A stretch of DNA of 64,000 nucleotides from the human T2T-CHM13v2.0 reference genome, Homo sapiens: NCBI RefSeq assembly GCF_009914755.1, contig NC_060927.1. The stretch is one strand, 5' to 3'. Of the stretch, positions 49,401-63,664 are shown one piece after another. Position 1 is the stretch's first letter, and the number at the start of each line of letters is the position of its first letter. The position numbers and the translations under genes are program-made. The notes below the pieces were generated by a model. The model saw nothing but the letters and a program-made list of their open reading frames with translations. It had not been told where the DNA came from and did no database searches.

Positions 49401-52400
49401 AAGGTGCTTAGCATGTGGTCAGGGCTTAATAAACGGTCATTATAATGACCATCCCTGGCCACAGGGCCCAGCCTGGTTCCGCCTCCAGCTGGTGGCTGCT
49501 ACCACCCACCAACAATAGTTTTACACAGAGAGGTTTTTCATTAGGCCAAGGTTATACAGCTAGCAGAGGGGCTTTGATTCATGACTTTTTATAAAAGTGC
49601 TGTATGTAGAAAGCAGAGGGGTGGGAAGCTTCCCTCGACCCCCCAGCCAATACTGACCTTTGGACAGGCCTTGCCTCGCAGGAATGGAGCAGCAAGCTGG
49701 TTACTGAGGAGAAAAAATGCAGCAGTCATTTAGGGCTTGGGGAGGGAGATGTGAAAAGTAGCCTTCTGCTGAGTGGGCTTAAAACCCTGGGATTGGAAGG
49801 GTCCCTGAGAAGCCGTCACACCCACCTCCAGCCTGGTTCACCACTCCAAAGCTAGGTGGCCAGTCCTCCTTCCTCCGCATCTGCTTCACAGACCTTTGCA
49901 GAGGAAAATCCCACACTCATTGCCATGCCTGCCTCGTTTTCAGGAAGTTTCCCTTTTATTTGGCTTCAGTCCGTCTCTCTGCAGTCTGGTTACTCTTTAA
50001 AAATGAAGGTTGAATTGCCTCTCCCCACCTCAAGGAAGAACCTAGACCCTATGTCTTTCTCATTTTTGGTCAAGCATAAACATTTTCACATTCTTCATTA
50101 ATGGTGTCTAACATCTTAAATATAAATAATGAAAACACAGCAAAGCAGCAGCCTTTTTTGAATGTGCCTTTTTGGCCTCCACCTCTCTGGGCTCTGACAT
50201 ACTCCTGGGGTGGGCTGTGTGCCTGTCCCTGAAGAATGCCAGGCTGGCCCATGTCCTGCAGGCCAAGTAACCCCTGCTGCTGCTCTCTTCAGTGAGATCA
50301 TTTCCTTTGATCTCACACCTCCTTGCACCAAAGCCAGGCCAAGCCAAGGCAGTGCGAAGAGTTGTCTGCCTTAGGACGGCCGTGCCACTCAGATGTGTGT
50401 GTGCTCAAGAAGGATGGGTACAGAGTGTTGATTTATTTGGGTTACACAATGTGTAAAACTTTTTCATTGGTGGCCAGTATTTAAAATAATAAAATAGCCA
50501 GAAATCTGAGTTTTTGCATAGACTCAGATTGCTGGCTATTCTTTAAAAATTTAGACTATCTGGCAAGCTCATTGCAGATATTATGTTGCAGCAGTCAGCT
50601 GGTGCGGGGTGTCAGTAATCTCCTGTTTGCACAGGCCCCACTGCTCCCTGTTGCCTGTACCTATCCCCTTCTATCACTTATTGACACAGCCTCTGCCGGC
50701 ACGTGCACGTGACTTTGGGATGTCCGTTTTGTTCTTGATTCCCTCTTGCTGCTACTGCAGGGCAAAGCAGTTGAGATGGGGGGATCAGTCAGAAAGCATC
50801 CGTCTCTCAGGCAGGGGCCTGTGAGATACAGAGGGATGCCTGGCCCTGGGATCCGGGCCTTCCGTTCCCTCTCTGTTGCCACCCTGCTCTTCTCCTGGGC
50901 TTACCAGATTGAACTGGCGGAACACCGTGATTCCATGAGATGAGCAGTTCTGGGCTGGGACAGCTAAGGAGTTAAGGGACAACCTTAGCTGTACTCTGGG
51001 GGCTGGGTGTGGCATCCCCAGCTCAGAAGGCAGGGCCAGTCAGGGGGCCATGCCCTGGGTGCTGGTGGGGTCTCAGTGCTTTGGGAATTTGGACAGCAAG
51101 GAAGGACCCCTCATCGCCACTCCTCCTGCTGGGCTGGTGCCCACGGGTGTCCAGTGGGACTCCTCACATGGTATGTCCTTCGTGAGGCCTGCCACTGCAG
51201 TCCTCTAGGTCCTGTGTGGCCCATGGCATAGTGCCCACATCACCTCTGTCCTACTGTCTACCCAAGCCAGACTCCCAGCCAGCTGCCAGTATCACTCCTG
51301 CATTTGGAAATGCAGACAGCAGACACGTTGGAGCGTCTCTGAGCAGAAAGCTGTGCCAGGGCTCTGGGATGCCCAGAGAAAAAGAAGACAAGGCCTGGCC
51401 CTTTGTCCACTGTCCCACTAGCAGAGGAATGTGACTGTGAAGTAACACCCAGCTCCTAGATTTGAGGGCAGATGAAGAGGGGCATGCCGAGCTTTCAGGT
51501 CAGAGATATGGCCTTGGACAAACCACAGAGCCTCTCTGACCTTCACGGTTCCTGAAGGGGCTAAACAATGCCTCTTGGTGAAGCGTCTTGAGTCATCACA
51601 TGGAATAATGGCTGCGGAGCACTTGCGCTGCCACCTGCCACCTGGTTGGCATTCCATAGATGGAAGCAAGGTGGCTCAGTGGAAGGAGACCTTGGGGGAT
51701 AGAAGAGGGCCTTAGAGGAAGGAATCGTTTCTGGGGGATAGGACCTGACACTTGGGTACCATCCCTGTCCTTGAGGACACCAGACCAGGAATCAGCAGAG
51801 CAGAGGCCATGCGAGGGGAAGGGGGCACTTGGGCAGCTCAAGAAAGGCCTAGAATGTTGTGGTCAGCGGGGAGAGCTTCATGGATGGCATTCCAGGAGAC
51901 TCTGTGCTTGGGTTAGTTGGGGAGTGATAATGCTGGAGTGGTGGGTGGGACAATGCTAGTGGTGGTTGCTCAGGCCGGGGGCAGACATGGGCCACAGTGG
52001 TGGACAGCCTTGCTAGGCCTTGGCCTGGGATGTGGGTAAAGGGCTGTTTGCACTGCCAAGGGAGAAAAAGGAAGAGAATTTGGGGCAGAGAGGTGGGCAA
52101 AGGGGCCCACCCTTGGGCAGGTGAGGGAGGTGCTGGCTGAATCCAGTTTGTGCAGGGTTGAGCCTGAGCAGCGGAGCAGAACAGTGAGGAGGTGCGGGGC
52201 TCTGTGAGCAGAGGGCAAAGCGGAGTCAGAGCAGGGCTGGGAGGACAGCAGCCTGCCAGGCTCTGGGGAGGCCAAGGGCGCTCAGTCTGGGGAACCCCAG
52301 AGTGTGCAGAGGCTGGCCTTCCCTGGTTGAGTGACCACCAGCGTGACGTTCCCAATTGCACGCAGATTCCTATGGAAGGCTGCAGGAGTCCTCCTCTTTC

Positions 52401-53584
52401 ACTGCGGGTGAGACTGCCCCAGTGCTAGGAAAATATTAATAGACCCCCAGGGACTGAGAACAAGGATTGAAAAATAAAACCACTTCCTACTCTCTTTCCT
52501 CAGCTGCCACTCCAAGAAGTTGTGAGCTTGATGCAGCTCTGCCTTCACAGAGCCCACGCCCTGCCCCTCATCCCTGGACTGAGTTCTTTCCCACCCTCCC
52601 GGTTGTTGGTTGCTGGGCAGGGGGCACCGTGAGGGGCTGGGGTAGGACCCCAGAGGCCAGGTGGCCAAGTAGCAGGCATTCCTGTGAGCCAGGGATGCCA
52701 GCAGGGAATATTGCTCTGAAGGTTCTGTGGCCTCTTAGACACTGAGGCCCTTACCAACTCCTCAGTTCTGAGAGCCGCTTAGACCCACCAGGCTCAGTGG
52801 ACAAGCTTGGGGGTGAGTGGGGCAGTGTTTTCATTTTGCAACTTGCCAGGCCTGGGTGCTGAATCCCAGCTTCTCTTTTCACTAGCCTGTGCCCTTGGTA
52901 GAATGCCTCTCTCCCCTTGGTAAAATGGGGATAATAACCCTCCCCCACAACTTTCTGCCTCAGGCCTTTGTGGCTGAACCTGGGTTACCTGTTCCTCCGT
53001 GACCCTATTCCCATCCCCTTTCCCATCCCCTTCCCCTCCTCTGAGATTCTGGAGCACTTCGAGTTTGTCCTATGTAATTCATCCACTCTGTCCTGGGCTT
53101 TTTCTGCTGGTTAACCTCAGTGTGGTCATCAAAAAGAGTTGCAGGGGCCCTGTTTGGTTAGGCAGCCATCTAGCAAGCCTACATTGTACTCCCGTATGGA
53201 CTTGGGGCTAGGGCAGGGTCCGGGGGCCTCCAGCACATGTGAGGCCCATCACACCCAACGCTCTCCCCTGCCTAGCCCTGCAGCCTTGGGCACTTGTTTT
53301 TTCATCATGCAGTGCTTATTAAGCAGCCACTGTGTGGCAGGCACCGTGCGTGGTATAGGGATACAAAGATGAAGATCCCTTGTTTCCAGGGAGCCAACAG
53401 TAATCCCTTCCCCTGCCACTCTTACCCCCGACACCCATCGCCCCTGCCATGCACACATACACACTCCACATTCCAGTCACATCATGTTGCTCGCAGTACC
53501 GAGTGTCTCCTTGGCTTTTCATGCCTCCATGCATTACACTTTTGTCGCTTCTATTCTTTACCTGGGACATGCTTGTCCTTACTG

Positions 53585-53914
53585 TTTTTTGTTTTTTGTG
53601 TTTTTTTTTGAGACGGAGTCTTGCTCTGTTGCCCAGGCTTGAGTGCAGTGGCATGATCTCGGCCCACAGCAACCTCCGCCTCCCCAGTTCAAGTGATTCT
53701 TCCGCCTCCCCAGTTCAAGTGATTCTCCTCCCTCAGCCTCTTGAGTAGCTGGGATTACAGGTGCCTGCCACCATGCCTGGCTAATTTTTGTATTTTTATT
53801 AGAGACAAGGTTTCATCATCTTGGCCAGGCTGGTCTCGAACACCTGACCTCGTGATTCACCCACCTCGGCCTTCCAAAGTGCTGGGATTACAGGCATGAG
53901 CCACCATGCCTGAC
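53585..53914 (-). mobile_element. AluS with 26-bp internal tandem duplication
   Basis: Full dimer; TSD GTCCTTACTGTTT. Confidence 0.92.
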
Positions 53915-54374
53915 CGTCCTTACTGTTTACGTGGCTAATATCTACTTGGCCTTTAAGACCCCGTTCTGTGTCACTTCTACCAGGAAGCCTTCCGCAGCAC
54001 CCCCAGGCTGGGTGAGATGCCTCCCACTCCTGTGCTCCTGCATTACTTACCCAGTGTACCATAATCCTCTGCCTGCCTCCCCCACAAAATACACACTGTG
54101 AGCCCCACAGGCTGGGGCTGGGCTCAGGCTCATTTATTTTGGTATCTCTAGTTCCCAGGACCAAGCACACAGGAGGTGCTCTGGGAGCATTGACTGGATG
54201 TGTGTGATCCCATGGAGCCTGAGCATGTGTGTGTCTTGAGAGGAGCATGTGTGTGTCTTGAGAGGAGGGTCAGTCCAACACTGACTCCTCACCCAGTTTA
54301 CTCCTCCTCATTTTTCTCTGGGCTCAGGTAAAACAGGGACCTTTCTCATGTCATGTGACCTGTTAGAGGATTTA

Positions 54375-54389
54375 CCCCCCCCCCCCCCC
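54375..54389. repeat. C15 homopolymer
   Basis: Direct reading. Confidence 0.95.
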
Positions 54390-57300
54390 AAACCACAGGG
54401 TACCCAGAGGGTGGCTAGGTTTTGTGATGGAGAGCTCTTCTGGATTTAGAAACCAGAGGGAGAAACTTTGTTTCATGCTGAACTTGCTGGCAGTTTGATA
54501 TCTTCCACATTCTCTTTGGTGAACAAGCAACTCCTGAATACTGGAGAAATGCAAAAGAAGGCATCTGAGGAGCCGTCTTGAGGAGCTTACCTTTCATCCA
54601 CGTTCATTCAGCAAGCCTTTGAGGGCTTGCTTTCCTGGGACATTGCTGTAGTGATTCGGTGGCCAGCTGAGACATGCCTGCTGCCCTCCAAGGCATAGTC
54701 GGGGAGCTGAGCCCCCACACACATATCGGCCTGCTAGCCTTCCGAGAAGGGAGAGGTAGGAGGCTGAGCTGTGTTGAACTGTCACCTGTGGAACCTGCCA
54801 GTTTGCAGGGCGCTCAAGGAACTCAGGAAAGGCTTTGGAGAAGCAGGAGGAGGGACTTGGGATGGACTTCAAAGAAGGATGTTGATGATGGTAACAACTT
54901 GATTTTTGTTGAACAGTCACTATGTGCCAGGTACTGGGCCAAGCAAATAAATGCAGCTTTTCACAGCCACCATGAGGCAGATTCTGCCACTGTCCCTACT
55001 TTTACAGAAAAGAAAACCAAAGTACAGAAAGTAACTTGCCTAGGGTTGCAGGCTGTCTGCATAGCTCAAGCTCCTTGGCAAGGATTTCCAGTTGAGGGGC
55101 CAGTCCTGAGCTGGGCAGGGAACAGCTCGAGTGTAGGACCACAGGGAAATGGGCTGAGGCTGGGGCACGGACCCATATAGGGGATAGGGTCCCAAACAGA
55201 GGTGCTAGAAAATAAGGGTTTCACAGCAGCTTGGTGCCCCCAGCTTCCTCACTGGTCCTCAGGGCGGAGGGCTACCTGCTGGTACCAGATCTATGCCCTG
55301 GTCAGCAAGCTGTCCCAGCCTGGATCTGGGGTGCTGGGGTGGGAAGTGTTTATTTTTGGTAACTAGCATTTGCCCTGGTTGCCCCTCAAGCTCTGACCTG
55401 CCCAGCTGTTTCACCCACATGGGCAGCAGTCTGACCTTGGGGGTGTCTTCTACTCTGACACCATCTCCCAGCTCACTGCTGACCTCTTTCCAGCACTCCT
55501 GGATCAGCTGCCTCTGCCCTGGCCTGACTGTACACACATACTCACCAGCCCCTAGCCAGCAGAGGATGCCTAGCACTACAGGCTGGCAGTGGCTCTGGAA
55601 CCACACTGTGTTGTTTCAGATCCCGACACTGCCTCTTTCTAGTTTGGTGACCTTCAAAAAGTTATTTTACTACTCTGTGTCTCAGTTTCTTCAACTGTAA
55701 AATGGGGATAATCGGAATCTACCTTCTAGGGTTGTTGTGAGAATTAAAATATTCCAACAGCATCTGACACATTGTTTACCTTAAATGTTCCTATTGCTTT
55801 TAACGTGATCACTATTGAATTATAATTGTCATGGCAGGTGGTTTCTGCATACCTACTCTGAGACTCAGTGCTGGGTCGCAGATGGCTCCGCCCTGAGTCC
55901 TGTTTGGGAGGTGCCCGAATACTGATGGGAAAGACCCAGTTATTGACAGTTGCCATATGAGGAAGCATGTGGTACTTAGGGGTCACGAGTAAGCCCAACA
56001 ACAGTGTCCCTCCCTGACTTACTTCAACCTTGGCCTTTGCTTGGATCTCTGGACTTCTGTCTGATCATTTCTGCTCTGCTGACAGCAGTCCAGGTGTGAT
56101 CCTGGCAGAGGAGTTGAGATTAGAAGAAAAGCACGGATTGGTAGATTAACAGAAGACTTGGGTAATAGAGATCTCCAGACATCACCAGGCAGGCTACCCC
56201 TAAAGGTCCTGAGCCGTTCCTATGGAAAAGGATGGCCACTAAGTGGGATATTTTGGAGGGAACCAGAAAGGTAGTAGTTAGATCTGGGGCAGCAAACAGA
56301 TTTTCTCTCTGGAGCAGTCACTGTGTTCTGCTGCCAAGAGTACTGTGTTGACAAGGAAGGGGACCATGATCCATCAGTGTTGTCTGCCGTGGCTCTGGGA
56401 ATGGGGGGGAGCAGCACCCATGCCACCTACTTGCCCTTGAGACTTGATGTTTATGGCATGAAACCACATACATGGTTGGGTGGGTGGTTAGGGCTTAATA
56501 ACGGAGTGAGCTGAAAAGCACTGGTGGCTTTCTAGAGTAGTTGAGAGGCCCAATGACAGTGCCACACTTGGCTTAGCAAAGATATGAAACAAGGGGCTGG
56601 AGCAAAGTCTCGGGGAGTGGAGAGTGAAGCCTTAAGGGATGCCAAGTGGCCTAGACCCCTCTGGGGTCACATGCCATTAACACACAGCCTGCAGGTCAGC
56701 GCTCTGGTGAAGCTGCCCATTTCTGGGAATTGTGCAGAAGGGAAGGGCAGCTCCTGGAATGCAGAGCCATTTCCTCCACATGGGTTGGGTCACTCTCCCC
56801 AGCGTGTCCTCATCCCCCTGGGTTGGGCACACCCAGACATCATAGAGATGAGATTAGCTTCCCAGGTCTAATTCAGCTCAACGTGAATGAAAGTCCATTC
56901 ACTTTCCTAAGAGCTCCATTAATTATGAATGTGTCCTCCCTTCTAGCCTGATTTACCTAAAATACTTGCAATTCAATTGGTGGGGTTAAGGGGACTCTTT
57001 AAAATAATTAGTATAGAAATACAGAAGCAAAAAGCAGTAAATACCAAACCTTCAATAAAGTTGGCAGCATCTTTGGGAGAGCCTCTGGATTGGCCCTGGG
57101 CCAGCCTCTGAGAATCTGTGGTCCTAAGGTCAGGGCCAAGGGAAGCAGCAACAATGATGAAGAATGCCCTGTAGGATAGTGAATCGTGAAGACGCTACCC
57201 TAAGAAAAGCCATGTGATGCAGCAAAATGATTTGGCAAAAGAATTGGAGGCAGTGTGGCATGACAGTTCTAACATGACCCTCGGCATCTAACCAGTCCAC

Positions 57301-58816
57301 AGCAGTTGTCCACTAAGGGTGGGCGTTGTTGCTGCTATGCAGCTCCTTCTGGGCACCATTTTTCCTGGCCAGTACATAGGACACTGCTTTGGAAGTGATG
57401 CTGGGTGGAGTGGGGTGCATGGAGAGGCTAGGGGACCTATGGACCCCTTGGCAACATCTGTAGCTGAAGCCATTCGTTTAACATGTGCTGCTCACTTAGA
57501 ACAATGGGTGCAGTGGTTTTAGGCTATTGTTTTGGGAAACAAGCTCTGTAGAAGCCCTAGAACCTGGAAGCCTGAGGAGAAGTGGCAAATTTCGTGAGGG
57601 GTAAGACCCACTGAGCCCTGCCATTTTGCCATTTTGTGGGGGCTGTTGGGGCCTGCTGCTGTCCTATGCAGTGTGGATGCCCTTCCCTAGGGCTGTGGAT
57701 GGGGCAAGGAAATGGTTTAAATCACCGAAGTCTACCAGGTTGAAGGGAAAGCAGGGGCCCAACTACTTTGTCGATGCAAATATGCCCTTGCTGAGGGGCC
57801 CTCCAAGTTTTTCTCACTGAGGCCTTACACCTTCCTGGGGCCTTGTTCTCCTGTTTTATAGATGGGGAAACTGGGCACCAGGAAGTTAAGAAACTTGCCC
57901 CAGGTCACACAGGGAGTCTGTATTGGAGGCCACAGTGGAACTCCGGCTGCCTGGCTGTGGAGTTGAGGCTGTCCCTGACCTCCCAAGCTGTCCCACTGAG
58001 AACCGTTGGGCTTTTACAAAAGACTATTCCTGGGAGGTCTTAGACACACCCATGCTAACTTTGAAGACTGCTGGGTGAAAAGGTTATACTGGGGTGATCA
58101 GTCCACCCAGCCACCCACTTCCTAGGGGTATGAGCCAGCCCCTTTCAGAAGGATGGGTGTGACCCCCTGCTTCTTAGCACAAGGGAGGCCCGTGTGGGTA
58201 GAAGGCCGCACTGGGAAAGTGACGAGGGCAGTGTGAGTAGAGACTGAGCTTCCCATGTGTTGGGCTCTGCCTGGCCCCGTGAGAGGCAAAGGAATGAGAG
58301 GATGTGGCTCTTGTCCTCGTGGAGCTTACAATCTGTTTGACAAGGTACATCTGGCATTCAGGGAAACAACTTCAAACCATGCAAGAAGGTTCTACCTATG
58401 GGGAAAGAAAGGGAGCAAGAGGCAGACAACAGCCAAAAGAGCTTATTTTTCCATTTACAGATGCCTGAGGTTTTTGTACACATGTTATTAAAATTATTGA
58501 GGAAGTGATATTGCCTTTTAGGCAGAAGTTTCCAGTATGAACAACGGGTTTGGGTTGCCATGCAGCCTGTGGCCTGGGCGGGGCCCTGGGAGCAGTGGTT
58601 GCCATGGGAACCAGTTCAGCCGCCCCCACGGCCAAGTGGCTGCTGTTCCCAAAGTTGGTTTCTGCGTGGATGGGGCTGCCTGGAACCTCAGAGCCATTTC
58701 CCATGGAAACAATGCTCTAAATGATGGGTGATGTTCCCACACAGGCCTATTTTGTCTGGCTGTTAACAGAGCAGAGATGGTGGTGAGGCTTCTCATGCTG
58801 AGAGGAGGCTGGGAAT

Positions 58817-58875
58817 GAGAGAGAGTGTGTGTGTGTGTGAGTGTGTATGTGTGAGTGTGTATATGTGTGTGTGTG
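58817..58875. repeat. Compound (GA)n/(TG)n microsatellite
   Basis: Direct reading. Confidence 0.9.
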
Positions 58876-60532
58876 CTCCCTCTTCTTGGGAGTAAAGTAA
58901 ACAAGGTGAGAAAGTGAGCATTTGGGCATCTTCTCAGAGCTCAGCATATCTCACACATTTTATTTCATGCTTAGAGCAATCCTACAAAGTATGAGTCTCC
59001 AACTAACCCACTTTACTAATAAGATACTGAGGCCATAGAAGGTAATTTGCCCAAGGTCACTCAACTGGTCAGTAGGAGGAGTATTCAGCACAGAAAATAG
59101 TGGGGAAACTTTAAGGAGAACCCCAAGTCTACCTTATACCACCTTCCCACCTCAAAGGGTCACATCCATCATCCTCAAAAGTGAAGACCTAACATCCTAG
59201 AATGATCTCCGAGGTGCTTTTTAGTTGAGAAGGCTGGAAAGGAGAGGGGTGTTGTGAATGTCAGCAGTTTGCTCCTTACCCACCAACCAACCAACTTTTC
59301 ATTCTGCGGTGACTTTTCGTCGTAGCCTGTGAGTGGTTTTAAAAAAATCTTTCTCTGTACCGCATGAGACCAGCTTATTTTGTAGGAGTGTGGTTCATAT
59401 CTCTTGGCGTCTTGACCTCCCCATCTGCAAAGACATCATTTGATCAGGGTTTTGGGGGGGGCCGGAGAAACATGCCTATCAAGATGAGATAGCACCTTTA
59501 GGAATTGGGGGGTTCTCTGGACTCATTCTCCAGCCTTGGAAACCCCTTCTTTGTTTCTAGCTCACACTTGATTCCAAGGGTCCTGTCTGTGCCATTAGTC
59601 TCATCTCTTAGTAGGAGAGAGACAGTCCCAAGCCCTGGCTGAGAGAGTTGTCCCTTAGCTCTCTCCATGAGGAAGCCAGCTCTGTGGTGTGTAGGTTGTC
59701 TGACCATTGTTCAGAAATGCGTGTTGAACCTCTAGTTCATTCAGTAAGTGTCTGCCCTGTGCCAATGCTGTGCCAGGCTCTGGGAGTACAGAGAAGAACA
59801 AGATGCTGTTCCTGCCCTTTTGTGCACAGTAAACACTTAGAAAATTCTAGGCATCATTGTGGCGTCTGTGGCAGGAACTTCAGGGCTCAAAGCGCAGGTG
59901 GAGGCAGTGCCTGGTGCTGACCCATGAGGAGGTATGTGCTCTCCTGGGGGTCTTAGGTGTGCACAGAGGCTGCAGTGTGACCACAGGACACATTGGGGGA
60001 CCACAAACCTGGTTGGGGGTGACAGTAGAGTATAAGGGGCTGCGGCACGGGTGTGGCTGGAGAGGTCAGCAGTGGCAGCCAGCGACAGGCATTGAATGTC
60101 CTGTGAGGGGGCCTGGACTTTCCTCCTCAGCATTGTGGGGCACTGAAAGGGTTTTCACAAGGGGCCCAGTCTGATGTTTGTGTGAAATGAGTAGTCTAGC
60201 CCTGTTCCATTGTGTCCTAATTAGAAGGAAACCCCAAGTGGGAAGGGAACCCCGGCTTGGCTCCCTGTGGTCTCTGAGGGTTCAACCTCTGAGAGCAGGG
60301 TGCTGTCAAAAGGAGGGGGCCCCCACTGGCCATTTCCTGCCAGCTGCCTTGGCAAGCAGAGGGCATTTTTTAAGGAGTCCCCAAGTGATTTGGCTGTGGG
60401 TGGTCTGAGTGCCGACTCAAAGGTTCATTCATGTACTCCAGCATATTTACTAGTGTATTTCTTATCTTGTTTTCTTTTGAGAAGAAAATAAAGACAAACG
60501 GTTTTCCTTTTCAATACCTTCCCACCCACTTA

Positions 60533-60920
<388 letters not shown>

Positions 60921-62569
60921 TCATTGCCCAGGACAGAGCAGTAGTTGCAGAGGGGCAGTGAGGAGTGAACCCCACGCTCTGCAGCTCTGAGAGGCAAAGG
61001 AGAGAGGCCACTGGGCCACCCCTCCCTCCCCATTTCTGTCACCCTGCAACTCCCCTCCGCCCTCTCTCCTTGGCCTGCCTTCACCGTCATGGATTTGGCC
61101 ATGGAAGAGCTCAGTTAAGTGAAGCCTCAGCCCGTCCCGTGTTGTAGGGAGATGCTGGAACCAGATTCCGGGGCCACAGCTGGAACCTGGTCCTATACTG
61201 CCCCAAAGGAGCTGAAATCCCCACTTGAATGAGAGGAAATCAAACATTTTCAGGTGGCTTGAACATTTTATTTTCCTGGGAGCATTTTAATAGTGTTAAA
61301 CTTTTCCAGTACACAAATATAATGCATGCTTGTTGTAGAAAATTGAAACATTAAGAAAATGAAAATGCCCTGAAATCTGCCTTAGAGACAACCATCTGCT
61401 AAAGTTCTTAATGCCTGGATCCACACCTGGCATTAGGATCAGGTGTACTTACTAGCTGTTTTGCAGCCTGTCTTTTTTTCATACATAACAACACACTTTT
61501 TCTAGGTTAGTGAATATCTTCCTTTTAAATGACTGCGTAGTACTCCATTATATGGATAAACTTTAACTTTTCCCCCCAACATTAAGTTATTTCTATTTTC
61601 CCCCATTCTTAACATCTTTCTTCACTTCTCTGATTATCTCCTTAGGATAAATTCTCACATGGGGTAGAGCTGCAGGAGAGGGTATGAATATATTTACGCA
61701 AGTGTATTTTCAGTATAGCCTAGGCAGATTTGCACTTTCTCTGCAGTGTAGCAAAGCTTGTACTTCTCCGACACTTTGGGGAAGTCCTAAATGTCAACAT
61801 CAGGCTTCAGTAACTACAAAGGGTTCTGCAATGACTCTCGACTGTAGCCCCATGCAAATCAGTGTGGCCACATAACCCACATTTGTGTCCAGCCCCCTTT
61901 CTGTCAAAATCTAGAACTGAAGACTATTTTAGAGCTGAAACTAATTATAAAAGTAATCTAATCCAGCCCTTTAAACTCATAGATAAGGAAACTATGGCTC
62001 AGAGAGATCAGTGGCCTTCCCAAGTAGCGGCGGAGCACACAGGGCACCCAGTTCTTTGTCCTCCCTGCCACACTGCCACCCTCCTCTCTGTGAGACCATC
62101 GGTTTCCCAGTCACACGTACACCATGCTTTTCCCATCCCAATTTGCACAGGGATTCTTTCTTTTCTTCTACACAGCCGTAGGATTAAGCTTTCCCTCCCT
62201 CGATTTTTGTGCTACCCAGGAATGCCCTACCAGGAGGTGGTATTGCTTCTTCCTGGCAGGGTCCACAGTTAGTTAGCAGTTTAGGTTCCTGGCTACAACC
62301 TCCAAATTGTTCTTTAGGGGATCCCCCTAGCTGCACCTGTGTTTAACATTTGGTGCTGTCAGCCTCCTTCTGGAAACTTGGCTTCCATCATGACCACAGA
62401 TCCTGGTTTCCCTCCTTTTCTTCTGAGTGCCTCCAGGAGGCTCCCTCCTGCCTCTCCTCCTTGTCACTTTGTGACACTGTTTACAAAGGTCACTCTTCAC
62501 TTCTGTTAAGGCCCAATTATTCTTTAGAATCCTGGTCCCACTTCCAGCTGCCTCCTGGTCACCTTAGCT

Positions 62570-62771
62570 CAGGGTTTCTCAACCTCAGCACTATTGACAT
62601 TTTAGGATGGATAATTCTTCACTGGGGGGGACTGCCCTGCGCATTGTACAATCCCTGGTCTGTGCTGAACAGATGCCAGTGGTACCCACTCCATTTTGAC
62701 AACAAAAAAAAATATCTCTAGACATTGCAAATATCCCTGGGGAGCAAAATTCCCCTGACTGAGAACCACTG
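62570..62771. mobile_element. MER20 hAT-Charlie DNA transposon
   Basis: TIRs CAGGGTTTCTCAA / TGAGAACCACTG; perfect 8-bp TSD CCTTAGCT at 62562-62569 and 62772-62779. Confidence 0.88.
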
Positions 62772-63424
62772 CCTTAGCTGGCCTCAGCAGCATCAAAACA
62801 AAACTTCGACCTGCTCCTACCCCCTCCTCCCCAAATAAAATGATTCCCGCGTGACTTTGTGTATAATACAGGGCAAGAAGCAGAGAGAAAGGAGCCACAG
62901 TCATAGAATTCTGAAACTTGGAAGGGGCCTCAGAGTCCCAGAGCTCAGGTGTGCTAAGCTATCATGGCCCCCTTTCTAAGCTTAGACACAGCTTCAAATC
63001 CTTCTCAGCATAGCAGCCCAGTTAATAAGAGGGGATGTGAAAGATGAACCTCCATGCCAGCCCTGCTCAGACCACTGCCCTCGTGTTAACCTGTACAAGT
63101 AGAGTTTAGTGGCCAAAAAGCTTATTTGACATGGCTTTTGGCTATACTTGCTAAACAAGACCAGTGGTACTGTGTCCTCAACACCAGGCCTGGCACATAA
63201 TTGGTGTTGAATAAATGATGGTTGAATAAATCACTTTAACAGTGGACTGTCTCTGGCTAGTGAGACCAGGGGTAATGCTTTTATTTTCTTTTGCATTTCT
63301 TCATTTTCAAACCTCTTTATAATTGAGAGTATTACTTTATAAAGGAGGAAAACATATGAATATTTTCCCCTAAGTTAAAAAAGCCCTCTGTCTCATTCCA
63401 CATGTCTTGCTTCCGCAGGTCTGA

Positions 63425-63664
<240 letters not shown>

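Noticed and set aside
51849-55700. 135-170 aa ORFs in MRAS intron 1
   Set aside because: No homology that I recognise; they partly overlap Alu, MIR or L2 remnants and fit chance in GC-rich intron
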